From Isurus oxyrinchus (taxonomy: Eukaryota), in assembly GCA_026770705.1 (NCBI GenBank), contig JANJGN010000018.1:1922001-1986000 (forward strand): a stretch of 64,000 nucleotides of DNA. Reading direction: 5' to 3'. The notes beneath the pieces were generated by a model that was not told the DNA's origin, searched no databases, and saw only the letters and a list, made by a program, of their open reading frames with translations. Shown piece by piece: positions 52,330 to 63,413 of this stretch; positions within the stretch are counted from its first letter, which is position 1, and each line of letters starts with the position of its first letter. The translations under genes were made by a program, and so were the position numbers.

Positions 52330-53690
52330 TCAGTCAATAATAAAATTTAAGCTGTTCGCTCTGAATTGTCTTACTTGTTTAGACCCCAAGTGGGATAATC
52401 AACTGCTCAACATGAAACATCGGGTTTTGCAGGACGTCTTCTGTTGCCTCACAGCAATAAAACACAGCCCAGACAAAAATAAACACCATTTCTCTTTCAC
52501 TCACAAATAACCAAATTCTAACCTCTTCATGCAGCTGTCATACATCCATACAAGAGAATTGCAAACGCTCTCAGCCCAATATTAACCAATAATATGTTCA
52601 TCCCAAGTGTATAAAACTCAGGTTATTCTTTGATCACGCCTAATCGGTACCTCCCATCAATGACATGAATGAAAATATCCTCTGTGAAACATTCACCAGC
52701 CCGAACATTCTGCTGCCAGAAAGAAGTGAGATTGTTGCTCAATCTTCACAACAAACACATTAAAATTGTAAAACCAATGGTTTATTTCCTGCTCCAAGCT
52801 TGTTATACACAGAAGGGGAGTATGCAGCCCTCTCTGTTTTATTTTTCCATATGATTACATGTAGTTGTTCCGATGATGTTAAGGATGCTGAAATTATCAA
52901 TGATATTATGCTGTGTAGAAACAATAAAAACTTGTTGATTTGGAAATAGTCCGAACAAAAATGAAATGAATGCATGGCCTTTATTTAGATGATGTTCGAA
53001 ATAATTGCAACCGTCTCTCTGAATCAATTTAAAAAAAAAAAACATCTTTCAGCAGAATGACATGGACAAATCCAGAATGCGACGCCCCAGACGTGTGACT
53101 GGCTGCGAGAAACCTGAGGGAATGCACTTAACTTTTCCAAAGATTTATCCCTCTCGAAGATGCTTAACTTTCCGTTATAAATATACGTTACCTTGTGTTG
53201 AGAAATCTATTTTTTTAATCTATAATTTGTATTAAAACGTATGAAGAATGTCTAATCATAAATGAAAGAAAAAGATTTTTCGCTCATTTCCTCATATATA
53301 ATAAAACTGTACCACACTGCGCTGTATCGATAATACAAAACATAAAGAAAATTGAAGAACTGATGACTATCTATTGCAAATTTATTTCAGCTTCCATTTT
53401 ATAAACATTTTCTTTTCGAAATGCCTTAAAAGAAGGATTAGATCGGGAGAAATAAATGGAATATCTGCTTTACATCCATTTAGTGTTCTCTCTCTGTAGA
53501 GTGCCACATATGGGAGTGGGCACAGAGAATTGCATTCTCACAGCAGCTCACCACATCACGATGTTGCTTAACAGCCCTGCAACTAACTCTTAGGTAATCA
53601 AGTGTTGAGGGAGGCAGGAAAACATTCAGAATTCCAAAAGTCTCCAATAACTTATTTCTTAACCATAACTATTCAGTTATCCATTATCGG
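52330..53690 (-). pseudogene. Older, more decayed GPR139-like pseudogene (copy C)
   Basis: Exon from ~53167: KVKC..GFSQPVTR..LDL (TM1-2), TERAA..NKP(fs)WFY (TM4), SG..LL*AT (TM6), FMLSS*..FR..QLK (TM7/end). Possible exon-1 remnant ~53625-53690 (M..DFGIL). Confidence 0.55.
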
Positions 53691-54259
53691 AGCTAACTGT
53701 TGCCTTACTTAAGAGAAACAATTCACCGTGCACTGGTCCCCAGCAGCTGTTATTATAGTTCGATGAGGTTGACAATTGAATCTGGTATAAACACAAGCTG
53801 AGGGTCACCATTATAATAAATGAAAAGACAAAACAGAGAAAGAAATGTACAGCAAATGACATAACAGACTGAGAGAGTAACATTGCTCATGCTTCCAGTT
53901 TGTAACAGGGTCATGGGCCGGAGTGATTAAGTAAATTCTTTCTTCTGGCACGCTGTGTTCTGTCTCTGTGAACTTGCTCCGCTCTGTATGCCCAGGACCA
54001 TAACTTTTCCTTTTCAACACGGCTGCTGGAAAAATTATTCACATTTGATGATTGTTGCCAACCTTCCAATCTGGCGGTTCCTAATCACCAGCAATTTATC
54101 ATTTGGTCCTGTCTTCACATCTAACGAGACACCAACAGGTGACATAAATCCATTCTTTCCCAGAAATTCACGGGACGCCTTGTTTTCTGGTGTTATGCAC
54201 CCAGAACCCTAATTCCCCCTCACCCAACACTCGACTCGAGCTTCTTCTGCATCCTTTCA

Positions 54260-55050
54260 AATTCACGCAACACTCAAGAAGCTCAAGACCTTCCAGAACA
54301 TAACTGCCCGCTTGATTGCCGCCCCATCTATGACCTTAAATAAATAATTTTTCCCACTTTAACTGTGGTAACAGTGTGTATCATTTCAAAGTTGCAAAGC
54401 AAATACTGGCCAAGGATCTTTTGGCATAATGTTCTACACCAACGGGCTCTCCAACATAGAAGGACAAGGGTAACACGTGCATTGGAAGCGATGCTGAGTG
54501 CAATTTCCCTTCCACATCACACACGATACAGACTTGAAACTATATTAGCATTCTTTTACTGCCGATGGGCGAAAATCATGGAAATCCCTCCAAACAGCAT
54601 GGAGAATGAACCTACACCTCATAGTCTGTTGCGAACAGGAGGTTGGCTCCCACCATCATTTCCAGTGCAATTGGCAATGGGCAGTTTTTACTGGCCTAGC
54701 TGGTAAAGTCAGATCACGCAAATGCCGACATTAAAAAATGTTGCAGTATGACACATCATTCCCACTTCTTCCAATAACCAATATTTGCACAGTCATTTAC
54801 AATTTTTTTCCGACATCATGCACCATGTTTAACCATTTCTAGTAAGCTGGCCTTCAGCAATACTGTTTTGCAATGGGCGTCCATTTCTCCACAACAACCA
54901 GCACACTCAACTGCATCTGTATGAACGTTCCTTCAATGTCGATGGGTCAAAGTCCTGGAATTCCCTTCCTTAAAACATGATAACTAAAGGGCAATTAGAA
55001 ATCAGCAACAATAGCTGAACCTACCGCCGACTCACTCATACCACAAAGAA
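54260..55050 (+). mobile_element. Two tandem 3' fragments of the second LINE family
   Basis: caacactcaagaagctc..gcccgcttgattg..; gggtcaaagtcctggaattcccttcctt..gggcaattag. Confidence 0.8.
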
Positions 55051-55059
55051 AAAGAAAAA

Positions 55060-57590
55060 TAGTGATACAACCCTCCCTCAGCAGCACATCTAATCCCCAC
55101 AAAACTCTAACACTCACCAGGTCACACAATCCCTCTATGTCTCATCCAACATGAGGGCATTCTGTCCCCCTGCAAATCCATCCTTTATCAACACATCCAG
55201 TTCGTTTACACATATATACCTCAATAATACACCTGGTCAATCTGAATAGCCATCCATCAACAGGACATTCTGTCTCTCTACAGCACCATCCCTCACAAAG
55301 ACAACCCGTCTTCCTTTACCTTCCTCCCCCGTCAGAACTTGCATTGACTCTGAATACCAACCTTACCAGGATATCCTACCACTCTACACATCCATGCTGT
55401 AGCAGGTAATCAATTACCTCCACATAAATATCTTTCACCAGGGCAGCCAATCCTACCACACCTCCATCCCTCATTAGGAGATTCAGTCCCTCTAAGCCTC
55501 CGTCCAATAATTCAGACCATCTGCTCCTTTACCATCACCAGGATACCCAAGCTCTCTACACTGTCATCAATCAACAGGACCAGCAGTCACATCTGACCTC
55601 CATCCATCACCAGGACATGCAGTTCTTCTGCACATCCAACCCTCAATAAGTCGACTTACCATCCGATAATTACAATGATGATTACTTTGGTGCTGCTTGA
55701 TGCTCTCGTCGGGACTTCTAAAAATGTATTAATTTTGCTTCCAATCTCCACCCCTCCATCATTTTCACATGGTCCATCTCTGAGACTTCTCTTCCCTTCC
55801 TTAACCTCCCTGTCTCAATTTCTGATGATAGACTGGCCACCAATATCCATTACAAGCCTACCGATTCCCAGAGATAGCTCCATTACAGCTCCTCACACCC
55901 CGTTTCCTGTAAGAACTCCATCCCATTCTCTCAGTTTGTTTCCCTCCATTTAATCTGTTCTGATGATGCAACATTCAAAAACTGCTCCTCTGACATGTCC
56001 TCCTTCTACCTTAACCGAGGTTTTCCACCCATGGTCGTTGTCAGGGCCCTCAACCGTGTCCGTCCCATCTCCTGCGCATCCGCCCTCACGCCTTCTCCTC
56101 CCTCCCAGAAACATGATAGGGTCCCCCTTGTCCTCACTTATCACCCCACCAGCCTCCGCATTCAAAGGATCATCCTCTGCCATTTCCGCCAACTCCAGCA
56201 TGATGCTACCACCAAACACGTCTTCCCTTCACCCCCCTCCCCCCTCCCCCCCCCCACCCCCCGGGGGCATTCCGCAGGGATCATTCCCTCCAGGATAACC
56301 TGGTCCACTCCTCCATCACCCCTTACTCCTCAACAACCACCTATGACAGCTCCCCATGCCCACGAAAAAGAAGCAACACCTGCCCCTTCAACTCCTCGCT
56401 CCTCACCGTCCTAGGGCCCAAACGTTCCTTTCAAATGAAGCAGCATTTCACTTGTATTTCTCCCAAACTAGTCTACAGCCTTTGTTGCGCCCAATGCGGT
56501 CGCCTCTACATTGGCGAGACCGAACGTAAACTGCGCGACCGCTTTGTAGAACACCTGCGGTTGTCCACAAGAATGACCCAAACCTCCCTGTCGCTTGCCA
56601 TTTTAATACTCCATCCTGCTCTCTTGTCCACATGTCTGTCTTCGGCTTGCTGCATTGCTCCAGTGCAGCCCAATGCAAACTGAAGGAATAGCACCTCATC
56701 TTCCGGACAATGTACTTTACAGCCTTCCGGACTGAATTTTGAATTCAACAACCTTAGATGTTGAACTCCCTCCTCCATCCCAACGCCCTTTCCATGTCTT
56801 CTGCCTTCCTTTTGTTTTTTCCAATAATTTACATAGATTTTTCCCACCTATTTCCATTAGTTCTACATCTTTTATGCCCTGCGAGTTTTTCCACCCCACT
56901 CCCACTAGAACTGTACCATGAGTACCCTGCCATCCATTCTTAATTAGGATAATTGTTTAGATAATATCACCACCTTCAACAACTCTTTGTTCCTTTGTCT
57001 ATGACATCTTTGGATTATCACTGCTTGCTTGTCTCTACAACCACAAAACCCACCCCACCGCATCTCGCCCCCCAGCCACCCATCCCCCCCCCCCCCCCCC
57101 CCAACCTTAAACCAGGTTATATTTCACCCCTCTCCTAATATTCATTCAGTTTTGTTAAAGGGACATGAGGACTCAAAACATCAACTGTTTTCTTGTCTGC
57201 CGATGCGCCCAGACCTGCTGAGTTTTTCCAGGTATTGCTATTTTTGTTTACCATCTACATCTTCATTACTCAGCCGGGCATTCATTAAGTCTGCATTCAT
57301 ATTCCTCACCTGGACATCATCCTTTTCCATACTACCTGATTCACCCCTGGCATCTGTTCCCTCTACATTTCTCTTTTCGCGGACACCCAGTCCTTCTGCA
57401 CTTTCATTCCTCACGAGGACATCCAGTCCATGTACCTCTCCAGTGCTCAACAGAACAACCAAAGTTTCAGCAAGTTCATCTCTCACCAACACAGTAAATC
57501 TCTCTACAACTCTATCCCTCAGCCATAAATCCATTCACTCCAACACCTCAGCTTCTGTTAAGGATAGCCTAAGGACACTATCTCTCAGCT
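55060..57590 (+). repeat. Degenerate ~36-bp minisatellite (55060-55670 and 57255-57590), split by a Penelope insertion
   Basis: catccctcaccaggacatcc-like unit recurs at 55261, 55297, 55333, 55367, 55403 and again at 57274, 57310, 57347, 57415. Confidence 0.8.
55672..57250 (+). mobile_element. Penelope-like element, 5'-truncated (RT C-terminus, GIY-YIG, tail)
   Basis: DDYFGAA, YKPTDS..IPFSQ, NRGFP..HDRVPLVLTYHP, LVYSLCCAQCGRLYIGETERKLRDRFVEH; same family as 15591-17333. Confidence 0.96.
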
Positions 57591-57599
57591 GAATGTTCA

Positions 57600-58290
57600 T
57601 ATCCTGTGCAGCACAATACAAGAGAAGCGATTTTGGCAGAATACAACTCTGTCTCTATTCTGAACGGCTTGCACCGATCTCCCCCACATCCCTATTTATT
57701 ATATTTCACAAAGGTTGCAAGTTGATCATTGGCATCCACCCTTACAGTGAATTCTCGGGATGCCCTCCACATTGCCCAATTCCCCACCACTGAAACGACT
57801 CATCTTTTTCTTCCTAACACGTCAGTCCAAATAATTGCCTTGTAACAGCAGCAACCTTCATCTGTCGAACCTTTACACTCATTGGAAATATCACCATTGC
57901 ATCTACACCATTTCTCCAATGAAATCAGAATAACGGTACTGAAATCCTTAGGAGTTCTAGCTATCCCTTTGTTAAAGTGGGTCGCAAGAAAAATTATTTA
58001 TGATATTCTGACTGCTACGATATTCTGCCTTAACGCTCTTGCCTTGGTTGGAACACCTATTTTTATTTATATCTTTCAACCCCTCTCCTCCCTTTCAATG
58101 ACTCATCTTTTATGCCACACACTTCCTCACTGAAATTCTTATTTCTGGGGATAGACCGTTTACAATGAGTGCTACAAGGCTTCCATCATGCACAACAATC
58201 TTTTTCGTAATTCCTGCCATTGTGTTTGATGTAATTTCTCTGTTGAATTTTCACGTTCTTCCGCCTTCCTCACATTTGTATTGATTGGGC
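57600..58290 (-). mobile_element. Probable decayed CR1 ORF1/endonuclease fragment
   Basis: Weak similarity to the CR1 5' region; poorly resolved. Confidence 0.35.
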
Positions 58291-58909
58291 CATGTACGTT
58301 AGAATTTCATTGCTTTCTGCTCAGCTAATAAGTCCGATTCATTGGGGCTCGCAGGGATCTCGAGGATGACTGTACCATATCCTAGACATCTGCCCTCGCC
58401 CCGCTGCTCTGCATCAGCATCATGCAGGACTCCCATCTATATCCACTTTGCAAAATGCTAAACATCAATTAGTTTATTTGCTCTGCAATTTGATTCTTCT
58501 ACATCACCAAATGCACTTTCTTTGTCGCCTGGCCTCTTTCGCTAAACATAAGTGGACCGGTTTTCCTCTATGACTCAGCTTTATTTCTGTACGAAACTGC
58601 AAAGTCCACCCCGCTTCGCGCCCCCCCCCCCCCCCCCCCCCACCTCCAACCCCCACCTTCGGCGAATAATTGTTTTTATCCAAATGCCTCACACGCTGAA
58701 TGTTCCTTCCCCTGTTGCCGTTTCATTGCTCACTGCCACAACAATACCACTTTGGTGAAGTCGTCATGTTTCTGTCCTGCTTTTGTTTTGCTATACTGTA
58801 TTCATCGAACACGGCAAATATTGCTACAACACACTAATAAGCCAATTTTCAGCAAAGGTGGACGTTGTGCCGATCTCTCAGTCAGCAAGGTGGGAAATAA
58901 TGCATCTAA

Positions 58910-59140
58910 TTTAAAAGCAAAATAGTGCAGATACTGGAGCCCTGTAATATGTACAAAACATGGTGGAACAGCTCAACAGTGCTGGTGGCTTCCGGGGAAA
59001 CAGAGTTAATGTTCCCAGTCCAATATGATCCGTCTTTGGAATTCAGAGTTCCAAAAAACTGAGTTAACGCTCTTATTATCTTCACAGATCCTGCCAGGGC
59101 TGAAGAAACTTTTCGAACACGTTCTGTTGTTTAAATGAAG
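58910..59140. mobile_element. Palindromic Penelope tail remnant (two opposed tail copies)
   Basis: aaaagcaaaatagtgcagatactgg..aacagctcaacag..aacagagttaatgtt followed by ttaacgctc..cacagatcctgccagggctga..ttctgttgttta, the opposite orientation of the same tail. Confidence 0.7.
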
Positions 59141-59779
59141 GAAGTACCTTGTTATCTGCTCTGTTCTACCCTCTACTTGTTCGCTGTAATGCAAAGCTAA
59201 ATCTAATGCTTAATATTAAGTGAGAACTATGAAGGTTTGCTAGGGGGCCTAAGATACGCTAATCCATGAAAATAAATTGAACTGTATTGCCATGTAGGTC
59301 AAATTGCAGCAGTCAATTAATGGGAACATTTTGTTCATAAAGAAAATATTGTTTGGTAAACTGACGTATTGATCAGTCTCCATTATCTGGTTTCCTAATT
59401 AGCAAAGTAACTCTGTGTTCTCGATTTTGTCCCTGCATCTACGTGTTTTTTTTTACGTTTTCCATCTCTTATATATGCTCTGCGCTGACGTGGCTACAAG
59501 GAAACGAATGTTGGGACCTGATTATCGATTGGCATTGACTATTCAAGTAGAACAGGCAGCTGGAAAATGTGGTGCACAGCACAGTTAAGAAAACAGTAAT
59601 AATACTGTAGTGAGAGGCAACCTTGGATCCAAAGGGAAAGTCATGGGATAATTTACATGGAATTAACAAAGAACAAGCTTCAAAAACTGGTGCATGGAAC
59701 AGCAATTGTAATATAAATCATTAAATAAACGAGGACATATTAAGTGCGTGTAATGAGAATAATTCCATAATCACAGAAT

Positions 59780-60490
59780 TAGGTAATCAGAATCACAACA
59801 TCGCAGTGCAGAAGAGGCCATTCGGCCCATCGAGTCTGCAGTGACACGAGATTAACACCAGGCCTACCAACCTGCTTCCACTTCCCAGCACCTGGCACAT
59901 AGACTTGAAAGTTATGACGTGCCAAGTACTCCTCATTTTCTTTTTAAAGGATGTGAGACAACACTTCTCCAACACCCTCCCATGCAGTGATTTTTAGACT
60001 GTCACCACCATCTGGATGAAAGCTTTTTCCTGATATCGCCCCTGAACCTCAGAACTCTCATCTTGAACTTATGCCCCCTTGTAACTGGCCAGCCACCTAA
60101 TAGCAACATATGTTCCCAATACACCCTGTCCATGTCACTCAGCCATCTCTGTTCCATCAAAAGCAACCCAAGCCTATCCAACCTCCCTTCACAGCTTACA
60201 TGTTTCTTCGCAGGAAACATCCTGGTGAATTTGCTTTGAACCCTGTCCAGTGCAATCACATCCTTCCTATAACGTGGCGGCCAGAACTGCACACAGTACT
60301 CCAGCTGTGGCCTCAACAAGGTTATATACAACTCCAACATAACGTAACTAATTTTCTAATCTATACCTCGAATGATATGTCTTCCTCATAACCCCACTAA
60401 CTTGCACCTCTGCTTTCAGCGAACTATGAACACACACGCCAAGTTCCCTCTATTCCTCAGAAGTTCCAAGCGTGCTGCCATTCATTGATT
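59780..60490 (-). mobile_element. CR1 LINE 3' portion
   Basis: MLELYITLLRPQLEYCVQFWPPRYRKDVIALDRVQ..TRGHKFK; tail gaggccattcggcccatcgagtctgca. Confidence 0.95.
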
Positions 60491-60790
60491 TATATATTGT
60501 CGCAAATGCATTTGAGAAGAATTCACTGTAATGGCGCCACGTGGAAAAGTGAAGTACTTTGATCGGAAGTTCTATAATGGACACGGTTTTTGAAGGGGTG
60601 TTTGTTGCTTCTGTATGGAGGGTGGTTCCTTCCAGTTAAGTGTGAAGTTATTGAAAGCATAGTTGACATTCACATTCTGCGAATTGAATCGTGGAACAAT
60701 CCAGGACTGTACTTTACAATTGAAAGATAAATATTTTTTGTGTGAGGTCTGCTTGGATGATCAATGGATTTTTTTGTACATTCTATATGA

Positions 60791-60796
60791 TATAAA
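60791..60796 (+). promoter_or_regulatory. Candidate TATA box of GPR139-like copy D
   Basis: tataaacaga, conserved with 19252-19257 (-), followed by shared agctgctcac. Confidence 0.45.
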
Positions 60797-60889
60797 CAGA
60801 TGGAGACATGCGTTGTGAGTCAAAATGTTAAGCTGCTCACTGCAGCTGAACACTTTACCCATTCTGAATGCTATCGTTGAAAATCCGTC

Positions 60890-62691
60890 TGAGCACAGAG
60901 AACAGAATATACTGGCGAATAATGTTGTTGAAAGAAGAGAAGAGACCGTTGGAGATAGAGAGAGAACAAAATAACAAAATAACAAAATGCTATCAACAGT
61001 GTGAATCATGTACGAGGTTTGCCGGCTGATATGCTCACACAACATTATTGAGACAAAATTAATTTTAAGTTGTCCAAGTGATGCTGGCAGATCTCGTGAG
61101 GATTGATGGTGGAACTGCGCGGTGTGCGTTCAACCTGTCAAGCCTTCAAGAGAGTGTTTTTTTAAGCTTTATTTTACATCCTTACTGCAGAATAGGTACA
61201 ATAGCGTCATGTTTTCATTTCCATGATGACAATTGACTGCTTCACTCTCGTGATTTAAATACTATCAGAAAATTCAGTTGAGAAAACAGCAAGATGGTTC
61301 CAAGAACATATTTAAATTTAGTGCTCAAGATAACGTGCTAAGGGAATTGATCACATATGTTTTGTTCCCAGCTTCAATGGTTCAATAGCACACATGGGCA
61401 CAGGTAATGATCTTTTTTTGCGCTAACTGACCTCTGTTAAAGACATTTTTAGACTATTATTCTGCTGAAATGTACCCCTGTTTACCTCATTCTCCTCTAA
61501 TTTTGTTATTTTAACCAAGTTCCAGATCCATCAGCTCCATTCTTCCTTCCAGCTCTGATATGTGATAGCCTTTTTCTTCCTTAATATCTCATTCACTGTC
61601 TCGGCCTCCAAAATCTTCTTCCAACGGGATCCAAAACTTTCAATTCACTGCCATTTGATTTTAAAGAAAACTTTGTTTCTAGATTTCATGAATCACTGTT
61701 GTTTTTTTAAACGTAAAATGCAATCAAAGGTTCAAAATAAAACAGAGTGAATCGTATGATGCTGCAACAAAGTATTAACTTCCACCACAGATGGTGCCAC
61801 CTCCTGCTGTGGCCCCACATGACAAAAATGACTTTATGCTTTATCTTTTACCCTCTTGCAGTTAACTTACTGGCGATTGTGATCCTTTCCCGAGGAAAGT
61901 GCGTTTTGCACAAATGTTTCACTGGGCACCAGCTTGGAAAGGATGTGATCGATAACCCTGTCATACTCCCTGAAGTGATAATGCGATTGAATGGGCCGCC
62001 TTCTTTCCAAGATTAGTTACTGAAAATTACTTCTGTGTGCTGCCCCATAATCACCTTGATATTTTCAGCCAGAGCGTTTTCCAGGTGTTTCACAGTTGCT
62101 TTCAACTTTTACTGATTCCTGGCCACTTGTTTGAAAATCTGAGAAGAAAATACTGTACCGAGAAAACTGAAGCTGTGGATTTTGGAACATTGAGTGTGAC
62201 GGGCTGCTTTTAAATGGTTTCATGGTACATTATACGGGCACCAATATATAAACTTGATAATATAATGTTACTTCACACACATCTGTATATATGACGTTTC
62301 TTCTGATTTTGCTTCTCTATCTCCGAATGGTCAGACATATTGTGATTTCCCGTATAATCCGACAAAGTCTCCAGACCTGCGAAAAGAAAGAGAATCACTA
62401 GGAACTGGAGCTGTTGACCTGAATGAAGTCCATTATTTATTTTTTTCGTATATCTGGCAGTTTAATTTTGTTATTGGCAATCTGCATTGTTTATAGCAAT
62501 TATCTGAATTTTCCACAACATGTTAATATAACAGGACACACAACAAAGCAACAATGCTGCTACTTCACAATACTTGCACCAACACGTGAATTCACATTAT
62601 TGAACATGCAAAATTCAGTGAAGAGTTGGTGAAAGGTGCCAAACGCCCTCTCAACCTAAAATCAAAAAAGGCAAAAAGTCGATTCGAATGA
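60890..62691 (+). pseudogene. GPR139: GPR139-like 7TM receptor pseudogene (copy D)
   Basis: Acceptor ccctcttgcag, exon from 61862: VNLLAIVILSRGKCVLHKCFT..QD*LLKITSVC..CFTVAFNFY*FLATC..KYCTEKTEAV..VRHIV..KSIIYFFRISGSLILL..CTNT..KFSEEL..*. Two in-frame stops plus frameshifts; exon 1 degraded. Family-level call only. Confidence 0.92.
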
Positions 62692-62989
62692 TAACAAACT
62701 AGCAGTGCGAGTTCTTCACCCAAGCACACTGGAGCCTGTTGATGGTGAGGGTAGTAATTGACTGAATCATCATCAAAGAACCGCATCATCAGCAAGGTGG
62801 ATTGGTGGGTGCGGTCGTAGTTTTCGAGTGCGGTGTGCAAGGATCGAGCTGCTTCTAGTTACTCTAACATCTCAGTCAGTGGTGGGCGGGGGTGCGAAAA
62901 TGGGTTATAACTGTGACGGGATAGTTCCCGTTCTGTGAAGGGTGACGATGTGAAGTAGGGCTATTTGTGTACGCAGTGCTCTCTGTTAA

Positions 62990-63400
62990 CCATTTATTCA
63001 TCCATGGGCTGTAGGTGTCGGTGGCAAGGCCATCAATTATTGGATATTCCTAATTGCCATTGTGAAGGTTGTGCTGAGCTGCCTTCTTCAACCACTGAAG
63101 TTCAGTTTGCTTAGGTACACTTATAGTGCAGTCAGGGAGAATTCCAGGAATTTGATACTGCAAAACTGATGCAATGGCAGTTTATTTCCATGTCATCATG
63201 CTAAGTGTGGTGCAGGGGAAGGTTGAGGTTGTGGTCTTCCAATCAGCAAGCTGCCCTTGGATTTGTAGGCGGTAGTATGTATGAGATTTTAAGGTGTTTT
63301 GTAAGGAGGGTTGTGGGGCCTGCAGTGGATGATATCGATAGTACACATGGCTGCCAATGTGTGTCGATAGTGCACGTAATTAATAATTGTGGAAAAAGGC
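62990..63400 (-). mobile_element. LINE 3' end (second family), counterpart of 14700-15080 within the inverted duplication
   Basis: Same flank cagtgctctctgtt.accatttattca on both copies. Confidence 0.75.
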
Positions 63401-63413
63401 AATCAATAAGCGG

